A stretch of DNA of 64,000 nt from a virus (Duplodnaviria > Caudoviricetes): positions 1-64,000 of IMG/VR virus record IMGVR_UViG_3300028624_000004; one strand, written 5' to 3'. The notes below the pieces were generated by a model. The model did no database searches. It was not told the origin of the DNA and saw only the letters and a list, made by a program, of their open reading frames with translations. This document shows, piece by piece, positions 56,790 to 64,000 of the stretch. The translations under genes and the position numbers were made by a program. Position 1 is the stretch's first letter, and each line of letters starts with the position of its first letter.

Positions 56790-58217
56790 ATGGTAGATAT
56801 AGATACAACCAACTCTCAAACAAACCCATTTGATTCGGTTCTTAGAGCCGCTTATGCAGTTTATATAACTCGCCTAAAGTCTTTTAAAGATCAGTCTTAT
56901 AATGATCTTAGCGAAAGCACTATATTAGAAACAGCATTTAAGATAGAAATTCAAGATTCAATGGATATGTATTTTCGCACGGCGAAAGTGTGGTTCTTTG
57001 ATAGGTATTCAATAAGAGAAATCATGCCACTTACTGGTAATGAAATAGTAACTATTAAGTATAAAAATATGGCGCAGCCGTCTGCGACCGTTGAAAAAAT
57101 AATGCACTTTCAGATTCAGTCAATATCCGAAATTCCAAATCTTCAAGAATACAATAAGGGATCAAATATAACTTTAATGAATCTTGTAGAGGCTCCTGCA
57201 TTTAGTTTCTTAACAAATAACTGTGTTTATAAGACATATCCTTGGGATACGAAGATGAAGGTGTCAGACCTTGTAAACGACTGTTTATTATCTGTTCCTG
57301 GGTTGGTAAATTGGTATGATATAGATATAGAAGAAACATCAAATGCAGAAGGAGCTAAGTTTAGATTCTATAATCCAAACTGGACGCCGATGAAGACAAT
57401 AAATTATTTGAAAAAGTTTGCTATTAGCCAGAAAGACGACTTCCCATACTATACCTTTTTTATAGAACCACCAAAGACCAAATCAGGAAAACCAAAAATA
57501 CACTTCAAACCAGTCTACAAGTATATGACAGAAAAAGGAAGACATACAATATCATCCCACTTTCAACAAGAAGTTTATAGGTCTGCCCAAGGTGATTTAA
57601 ACAATTTAGCAAGAGACTTCTCGAAAGAAAACGATTACGAAATATTCAACACAATGCAGAGTAGACAATTTGATTATTTCCATAGGGCTAAAACTGCATT
57701 CGCGCAGATGAGCGGAGAAACTTTCTATACATTTGATTATATAAATGATAATAAGTATTTTGCTCTGGATTACTCTACATTTAAAAACACATATCAGGGT
57801 CTTGGTCAGAAGCAACTCCATTCGATGAATTATGGTAATCAGTGGGCATCTCATAGACCACATTCTTTTACAGATAATCTTAGATTACTGAACATGAAGC
57901 GAAATGAGATGGCTTACAACACTATTCATTCTGGAATCGCATGTACGGCTGAGATGACTATTAATAACTTTCGTAACGTTGGTCACTTGGCAGATGTAAT
58001 ATTTAAGACATCTCTGGATCAGAATTCTGGCGTTGATTATATGATGTCTGGGCTGTGGTTGATATGGGGACAAACAGACGAAATGCAGGACGGTGCCGCT
58101 CGTTCTAAAGTTATTATGGTTAAGGATGGATTCGAGCAACTTATGATTAATCCAGATTTACCAACAATGACACATCTGAATCCTCCGATTGAAATATCAA
58201 AAACCAAAGCATCGTAA
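56790..58217 (+). CDS. Baseplate hub gp27-like
   Basis: IEIQDSM, PLTGNE.V.I, PNWTPMKTINYL, MSGLWLI, KDG. Confidence 0.7.
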   Translation: MVDIDTTNSQTNPFDSVLRAAYAVYITRLKSFKDQSYNDLSESTILETAFKIEIQDSMDMYFRTAKVWFFDRYSIREIMPLTGNEIVTIKYKNMAQPSATVEKIMHFQIQSISEIPNLQEYNKGSNITLMNLVEAPAFSFLTNNCVYKTYPWDTKMKVSDLVNDCLLSVPGLVNWYDIDIEETSNAEGAKFRFYNPNWTPMKTINYLKKFAISQKDDFPYYTFFIEPPKTKSGKPKIHFKPVYKYMTEKGRHTISSHFQQEVYRSAQGDLNNLARDFSKENDYEIFNTMQSRQFDYFHRAKTAFAQMSGETFYTFDYINDNKYFALDYSTFKNTYQGLGQKQLHSMNYGNQWASHRPHSFTDNLRLLNMKRNEMAYNTIHSGIACTAEMTINNFRNVGHLADVIFKTSLDQNSGVDYMMSGLWLIWGQTDEMQDGAARSKVIMVKDGFEQLMINPDLPTMTHLNPPIEISKTKAS

Positions 58218-58246
58218 TAATTCAAAAACTATAAATAGATGCATAT

Positions 58247-58492
58247 ATGGCACATACTTCAGGAAGAGTATTCAATTGGGACGAATGGAACGCCGAAGCC
58301 TACGAGCGTATAGATCATTTTGTAAACAAATATGATCGTGGAATCTGCACGACTCCATATATCTCTGGTGGGGAAACTCCATCTCCGACTGCTCAGCCGG
58401 ATCTAACGGGTTACTGCCCAAATATAGATTCCATACAAGTTTTACCATGTAGCAAAATAGAAATATATATTCAAGGGGGAATGAGTGTCTAA
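58247..58492 (+). CDS. Small late hypothetical protein
   Basis: Late promoter at 58230-58237; overlaps the next gene. Confidence 0.55.
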   Translation: MAHTSGRVFNWDEWNAEAYERIDHFVNKYDRGICTTPYISGGETPSPTAQPDLTGYCPNIDSIQVLPCSKIEIYIQGGMSV

Positions 58493-58898
58493 TCAACCAG
58501 CAGATTTCTTTTGTGGCGATACAGTAGTCATTCAGGCTACTAATAAGCCACTTATCGACATGACTATAGCTCCCTCGTTGAACGACTATAAGTGGGCAGA
58601 CGAAGCTATTATTCGTATATACGACCCCCGCAACACTCTTATAGTTGACTCGCCCATGTGTCAAGTTACTGGAAAAGTGGGATGGTATTACTATAGATAC
58701 AAAACCGTCTGTGAATGTGGAATAGGTATATTCCGTGTTGAAGTTGTTATGAGAACAACTGTAGCCACATGTATAACACCAAGCACTTCGGCTGTTGATA
58801 CAACAGGAACCAGTGGAACAAGCGGCGACCCAGGAACCGAAGTATGTGAAGACATACAGGTGAGCTACTTCAGAGTTATGTCTAAAGAGAGATTCTAA
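58485..58898 (+). CDS. Small beta-rich structural protein with Ser/Thr-rich loop
   Basis: GDTVVI...IRIYDP...GWYYY...G.FRVEV Ig-like pattern with a TPSTSAVDTTGTSGTSG insert. Confidence 0.55.
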   Translation: MSNQPADFFCGDTVVIQATNKPLIDMTIAPSLNDYKWADEAIIRIYDPRNTLIVDSPMCQVTGKVGWYYYRYKTVCECGIGIFRVEVVMRTTVATCITPSTSAVDTTGTSGTSGDPGTEVCEDIQVSYFRVMSKERF

Positions 58899-59995
58899 TG
58901 GTCCCCCGACATTTTAAAATAACCAATGACTTAATAGATGCTAATGTATCTAAAAGAGGCATAAAGCGATTATTTGATGTAGCTGATGTGAAATACTCTG
59001 AAAGGGGTAAATGGTCTTGTCTAAAGTGTGGTAAAGAATGGGAAGCTACTATTAATAGTGTTTATGCTGGTGGAACAGGTTGTCCAGCATGTCGTCCAAA
59101 GACTGGCAGGAAAGACAATAAGTGGGTTGATGATAAACTATACGGTAGAAATATTATTAGATTAGGTGAGTATGTCAATTCAACTACTGCAATTGAGTGG
59201 AAGTGCTTGAAGTGTAATAATATATGGAGCAATATTCCCGTAAGCGTAATACATGCGAAAGTAGGATGTCCGACATGTAGCGGGGTTAAAAGATATACAT
59301 TAGAATCTATTAAGGATTTTATGGGTGAGAGGGGCATATCGGTAATAAGTAATATATACCCGGGTTCCAATAAAAGTATGGATTTAAAGTGCAATGTTTG
59401 TAATCATACCTTCAGGAATAGTTTTTCTAATATAAAATCACAAGACCAAAAATGCCCTAGATGTGTAGGGTTGGATAGCATGTGCGATACTGAAATAGAC
59501 TCGATTTTAGCAGAAGAAAAGAGAGAAATACAAAGAATAGGAAGTTCTATTGGTGACATGCATAAAATAACTTGGAAATGTATAAAATGCGAACACGAGT
59601 GGATTGCTACGCCCCGTAGTGTAATTACATTGAATAGCACATGCCCATGTTGCGGCATGTTAGGGACATCAAGGAAAGAAAACGCTTGGCTAGATTCTAT
59701 TGGCATACCGCCAGAGTATAGAAGATATAAGACAGATGTAAAAAACAAGAAACACTATATACGGGTTGATGGCTTTAATCCAGATACTAAAACCTGTTAC
59801 GAGTTTTATGGTGATTTCTGGCATGGCAACCCGCATAGATATAATCCAAATGAGGTAAATGTTGTAGCAAAGAAAACCTATCAGCAACTATATGAAGAAA
59901 CTATGAGTAGGGAGAATAAGTTGAGAGAATCTGGTTATAATATAGTAACAATATGGGAAACTGATTGGAACAAAGGAGTATCAAATGGGATGTAA
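58898..59995 (+). mobile_element. Free-standing endonuclease with four Zn-ribbon repeats and Vsr-like domain
   Basis: Repeated CxxC..W/F...CPxC units; VDG...YEFYGDFWHGNP...GYNIVTIWE. Confidence 0.8.
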
Positions 59996-60626
59996 CGTTG
60001 TTATCAATAACGAAATAGAAATTAACGAGTCAAATTCGAACCAGTTTTTCTTTATGTTACGCAACATACCGACTTCGTTTCTCATTTCCAAGTTCGCTGA
60101 AGATCCTGGCTTCAAGCTAGATGGCAAACTGTCTTCGCTAGGAATGTCAGGAATTGATTATGTTCGCGAGTCCAACCAAGCGACCCAGAACCTACTTTTA
60201 TACCTACAATCCTTTACGTTGCCTAATCTGGAGCTTGGAACCTCTAAGATAGAAACTATGTTCGCTGCTTTGACTGCTGTAACTGGAAAGCTACAATTCG
60301 GTCAGACATCGACCAATATACTTTGCGATGAAAACTGGTTCGTATATAGATTGTTGCTCTATTGGTTCTATGCTGCCTCCAACCCAGAAGAGTTTAACAA
60401 GCTTGGCTTGATGGACTACTATAAGAATTTTTATATTGAAGGATATTTGGTTATACTTAACAACCACCACGAGAAGGTGGCAGAGTTTGAGTTCCGTGAC
60501 CTTCACCCACAGTCTCTTGGTCAAGTTGATTTGAATTACCAAGACAGCCAGAAGATTATACTTCCAGTAACTTGGATATATTCAACCTTCACACCGACAA
60601 ATGACTTGATTATCAAGAGGGTATAA
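59985..60626 (+). CDS. Tail tube terminator gp3-like / tube-fold protein
   Basis: N.F.F.L...P, LQSFTLP, G.LQFG...LCDENW..Y, F.DLHPQSLG.VDL. Confidence 0.7.
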   Translation: MGCNVVINNEIEINESNSNQFFFMLRNIPTSFLISKFAEDPGFKLDGKLSSLGMSGIDYVRESNQATQNLLLYLQSFTLPNLELGTSKIETMFAALTAVTGKLQFGQTSTNILCDENWFVYRLLLYWFYAASNPEEFNKLGLMDYYKNFYIEGYLVILNNHHEKVAEFEFRDLHPQSLGQVDLNYQDSQKIILPVTWIYSTFTPTNDLIIKRV

Positions 60627-60628
60627 TC

Positions 60629-60829
60629 GTGAGCTACGAAACAGCATGTCGTAAGTATCCTTGTGACAAGCGGGATAAAGATCCTCATCCATGTAACTGT
60701 CAGACGGATGTCGAAGCTGCGAAGACTAACAACTTGTTTTGGTGTCATCTTCAGGCTCGTAATGTCAATCTAATAATATGTCGAGACTGTAACTATAGAG
60801 AAAACAGGTTCGGTCCACCTAATCCGTAA
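60629..60829 (+). CDS. Small Cys-rich hypothetical protein
   Basis: 66 aa with 7 Cys, packed within the late operon. Confidence 0.5.
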   Translation: MSYETACRKYPCDKRDKDPHPCNCQTDVEAAKTNNLFWCHLQARNVNLIICRDCNYRENRFGPPNP

Positions 60830-60863
60830 TTTTATATAAATAACGGATATAATAGGTGAAACT

Positions 60864-62036
60864 ATGAAATCCAATCTCCAAATATACTTAGAGTCACGCC
60901 TTAAGACCATTTTAGAGGCTGATGGTGACGAAAAGCCAGCAGAAGACGCACCAACAGAGAAGCCAGCGGAAGACGAAGAATCTAAAGAAGCCGAAGATGC
61001 TGACGAAGACTTTTTCACCCAAGATGAAGTCGATGCTGCTAAGGGCGGTGATGCAGAAGAAGCCCCAGAAGGCAATGAAGAGCCATCTGACGAAGATCCA
61101 GAAGATAAGGCTGGTCCAGGCATGGCAGGAGCCGGATCCGGTGTATCCGACGATGAGAAGATGCGCCAGCTATTCACCGAAACAGGCGACCCAGAAGTGG
61201 ATTTCGGTTTAACCTCAGAAGCAAATGTTCGTTTGGCTAAGTTTAAGTTCAAGAACGCCAATATAGACCCACTCACAATGATGGATGATATGGAGTTGAC
61301 GGAAGGAGTTCGTGTAGATGAACTTGAGTCTCGTTTAACTCCCGACCAATATGATCTATATCGTAACAAGTGGAAGGAAATACGCCGTGACTTCCCCAAG
61401 ATAGCAGAGAGAGAACAAAAGGTAGTCATCTACAATTCAAACATTCCATTCTTTTATAACGATGAAGATGGAAACGTAGTGGCTATAGATCACAAAAGAG
61501 ATATAAACACTGCTATAGACAAGCTTAACAAATACATGATTAGAAACTTCACGGAAGATTGGGTTGATAACAAGAAAGCAGTCAAGTTTCTCCAAGGCAT
61601 TCGTATAAACTTCTCAGACGAACCAAAGATTCGACCTAACCTTATTTCGGCTAAGTTCTTTGAAGAGTATGAAGACCGCGACCTTGTTCCGTTCAACAAG
61701 CTCCACGCAGACATTCCAGAATCCGTTCGCAAGTTCCTGAAAGATAATTTGGATATGGACGAATTCAAGAAGTCTTCTGTTTTCCGCACACTCTCCAATG
61801 ATTATGTTGGAGAAAACTCTGGATCCTCCCGCACATCGGTATACGCCGTCATCAAGGGAGATGAAGCTCCTGAAGGAGCAGAAGGAGCAGACGGAGCGGG
61901 AGATACTGGCGAGGACATGGGAGACATGGGAGATATTGGGGGCGACTCTGAAGAAGACACCGAAGCCGATACCACAGACACAGGAGACGAAGCTGAAGAA
62001 TCTGGTGACACTGGCGAGGAAGACTTAGGACTATAA
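60864..62036 (+). CDS. Late protein with acidic low-complexity termini
   Basis: Late promoter at 60835-60842; D/E/G-rich N- and C-regions around a globular core. Confidence 0.7.
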   Translation: MKSNLQIYLESRLKTILEADGDEKPAEDAPTEKPAEDEESKEAEDADEDFFTQDEVDAAKGGDAEEAPEGNEEPSDEDPEDKAGPGMAGAGSGVSDDEKMRQLFTETGDPEVDFGLTSEANVRLAKFKFKNANIDPLTMMDDMELTEGVRVDELESRLTPDQYDLYRNKWKEIRRDFPKIAEREQKVVIYNSNIPFFYNDEDGNVVAIDHKRDINTAIDKLNKYMIRNFTEDWVDNKKAVKFLQGIRINFSDEPKIRPNLISAKFFEEYEDRDLVPFNKLHADIPESVRKFLKDNLDMDEFKKSSVFRTLSNDYVGENSGSSRTSVYAVIKGDEAPEGAEGADGAGDTGEDMGDMGDIGGDSEEDTEADTTDTGDEAEESGDTGEEDLGL

Positions 62037-62039
62037 TTC

Positions 62040-64000
62040 ATGGCACTACGGGGACGCGCTTCACAATCCCGTTACGGAACTAACGCAACAGGAATAGATG
62101 CTTCGATAGAGTTGGAAAGACTCATTCAAAAGTCGTGTCCATCAAAGAAGATTGTCAAAAAACAAGTTCCTGGGTGTGTAAGGTCGCCCGTTGCCAAGAC
62201 GCATACCCCCATTCTAGACCGCGTAAATATTAAAAGATTTCCTATGGGGTTGATTGATATATCCCAGTCAATAGAATGTGATGTGCCATTTCCGTGTGAA
62301 GAACAATTTTATTGTGTAAAAATACTCGAAAGGGAAAGAGTAAGCTCATCCAGTTCTTCCAGCAGTTCCAGCAGTTCAAGCAGTTCAAGTAGCTCGTCAA
62401 GTTCCTCTTCAAGTAGCAGTTCGAGTAGCTCGTCAAGCTCTTCTTCTTCTTCTTCTTCTTCTTCAAGTTCCTCGTCAAGTAGCTCCAGTAGCTCAAATAT
62501 TTCTTCTTCAAGTAGCTCTTCAAGTTCTTCTTCAGCCGCTCCTGCATTGTTCTGTTGGTATTTCTATAATGCTACATACGATTGCGATACTGGATTATGG
62601 ACACAAGGAACTGCGTCTGCCGTATGCGATTCGGAAGATTATGGGGAAACTGATTGGATTCTTGATGACCCAGAGGCAGATCCGTGCCACGCTGTGAAGA
62701 TCGTCAAGGGTCCAGCATGCACTGTTCAGTTTGGTGAAGAATGCACAGCACCTGTCATACCTGACCCAACTAACCCACCTCTTGAACCAGATCCTCTCTG
62801 CTGCCCAAGTTCCTCGTCAAGTAGCTCCAGTAGCTCCAGTAGCTCGTCAAGCAGCTCTTCCAGTTCCTCGTCAAGTAGCTCCAGTAGCTCGTCCAGTTCT
62901 AGTAGTTCATCTGCTGTGGAATATTGTAATTGCACGTATGAATCATACTATTATTGCGAAACTGGTTGGGGGCTGCCATATGAATTCCCAGATTCTGAAA
63001 ATAATTGTGTGACTAGTTCAACTGATGAAAGTTATACTTGGGCATACTTATATGAAAATCATTGTTATGCTCAGACAGTAGTGTCTGTTGTGGGTAACTG
63101 TAACGATGTCCAACCAACCCCACCAGAAACACCAACAATAGATCCGGGTCCAAATTGCTGCATCAGTTCCTCTTCAAGTAGCTCATCTAGCTCATCTAGC
63201 TCATCAAGTAGCTCAAGTAGCTCTTCAAGCTCGTCAAGTTCTTCGAGTTCCAGTTCAAGTAGCTCATCTAGTTCCTCATCAAGTTCTTCACCGGAACCAC
63301 TACCAACATGCTGTGGAATAAATTTCTGGGCTACGGCAGAATGTTATTACGATGAAGAAACCGGAGAGGAATTTTACTGGAACGAACCAACATATGATCC
63401 AGAGTATCCTTATTCTACTTGTATCACGCTTGAACCTGGACAGACATGTGAATCTGCTGGATATGTATCATATGACTGGACAGTTACAGAAGGTAACGAT
63501 TGTGAAATAATATCAAAATGCTATTACGATAATACATGTATTGATGGTGATCTTGGATGTGTGGGTGACGGGTCGCCAAACGGACCATGTAACGGCACCA
63601 AGCCAGAGATATCTTTATCATGCAAAAACCAAATTAGTTGCGCCCCAAGTAGCTCGTCAAGTTCTTCGAGTAGCTCCAGTAGCTCCATTTCTTCGAGTAG
63701 ATCGTCAAGTAGCTCCAGTAGCTCTTCAAGTAGCTCGTCAAGTTCTTCGAGTAGCTCCAGTAGCTCGTCAAGTTCTTCGTCAAGTAGCTCGTCAAGCAGC
63801 TCTTCAAGTCCGTCCACCACAGGAACATGCTATCAGGTATGGCATTACGATTATTCACTAGTTTACTTATATTCTTCAACATGTGAAGGTAGTTGTACAC
63901 CATCCGAATGGACGTGTATTTATGATCCAGAATCTTCTATGTTCATTATGGAGAAAATTGTTTGTGGTTCATTATGTTCTGATGATCTAGATTGCGTAGA
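62040..64000 (+). CDS. Mucin-like protein: poly-serine tracts alternating with Cys-rich modules (runs off the window)
   Basis: Not in the ORF track. Manual translation from ATG 62040 (MALRGRASQSRY...) stays open to 64000. Ser tracts are at 62343-62534, 62808-62912, 63165-63290 and 63648-63809. Confidence 0.88.
   Translation, partial: MALRGRASQSRYGTNATGIDASIELERLIQKSCPSKKIVKKQVPGCVRSPVAKTHTPILDRVNIKRFPMGLIDISQSIECDVPFPCEEQFYCVKILERERVSSSSSSSSSSSSSSSSSSSSSSSSSSSSSSSSSSSSSSSSSSSSSSSSSSSNISSSSSSSSSSSAAPALFCWYFYNATYDCDTGLWTQGTASAVCDSEDYGETDWILDDPEADPCHAVKIVKGPACTVQFGEECTAPVIPDPTNPPLEPDPLCCPSSSSSSSSSSSSSSSSSSSSSSSSSSSSSSSSSSSAVEYCNCTYESYYYCETGWGLPYEFPDSENNCVTSSTDESYTWAYLYENHCYAQTVVSVVGNCNDVQPTPPETPTIDPGPNCCISSSSSSSSSSSSSSSSSSSSSSSSSSSSSSSSSSSSSSSSSSPEPLPTCCGINFWATAECYYDEETGEEFYWNEPTYDPEYPYSTCITLEPGQTCESAGYVSYDWTVTEGNDCEIISKCYYDNTCIDGDLGCVGDGSPNGPCNGTKPEISLSCKNQISCAPSSSSSSSSSSSSSISSSRSSSSSSSSSSSSSSSSSSSSSSSSSSSSSSSSSSSSPSTTGTCYQVWHYDYSLVYLYSSTCEGSCTPSEWTCIYDPESSMFIMEKIVCGSLCSDDLDCV

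Noticed and set aside
62343-63809. Repeat-spacer appearance resembling a CRISPR-like array
   Set aside because: The repeats are degenerate in-frame Ser codons of variable length, and the spacers are 250-360 nt coding modules; no cas genes are seen.
62242-63903. Short Leu/Glu-rich or VARQ-repeat ORFs in the track
   Set aside because: They are alternative-frame or antisense shadows of the poly-Ser ORF that starts at 62040.
1-64000. Stop-codon recoding (alternative genetic code)
   Set aside because: Core genes are intact under the standard code, and TAA, TAG and TGA all terminate genes at expected positions.

Overview
This window is a 64 kb segment of a large T4-like (gp55/gp23-type) myophage genome read in the standard genetic code. 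The left half is mainly a minus-strand replication/recombination cluster: primase (truncated), RegA, gp62/44/45, gp32, MazG, gp41, UvsX, gp43, UvsW and UvsY, plus a plus-strand gp55-47-46 block. It also contains a dTDP-rhamnose pathway (RmlB, fused RmlC-RmlD) and two glycosyltransferases. The right half is a plus-strand morphogenesis cluster (portal, protease, scaffold, capsid, neck, terminases, sheath, tubes, tape measure, baseplate) preceded by many TATAAATA late promoters. Four free-standing homing-endonuclease-like genes are interspersed. The strongest candidate for a new system is phage-encoded virion glycosylation. Its pieces are the rhamnose pathway, two glycosyltransferases (one with an N-terminus resembling a capsid-locus protein), an ORF absent from the track at 62040 that alternates 35-60 residue poly-serine tracts with Cys-rich modules, and Ser/Thr/Pro-rich loops in capsid, sheath and baseplate proteins. 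Other highlights are a promoter-driven multi-branched structured RNA or origin at about 20860-21235, a gp15 tail terminator fused to PKD/DUF285-like adhesin repeats with a +1 frame discontinuity at its start, a -1 slippery site joining gp26 and gp51, and a stand-alone sigma region-4/gp33-like ORF. All family calls come from motifs recognised by eye and from synteny; no searches were run.
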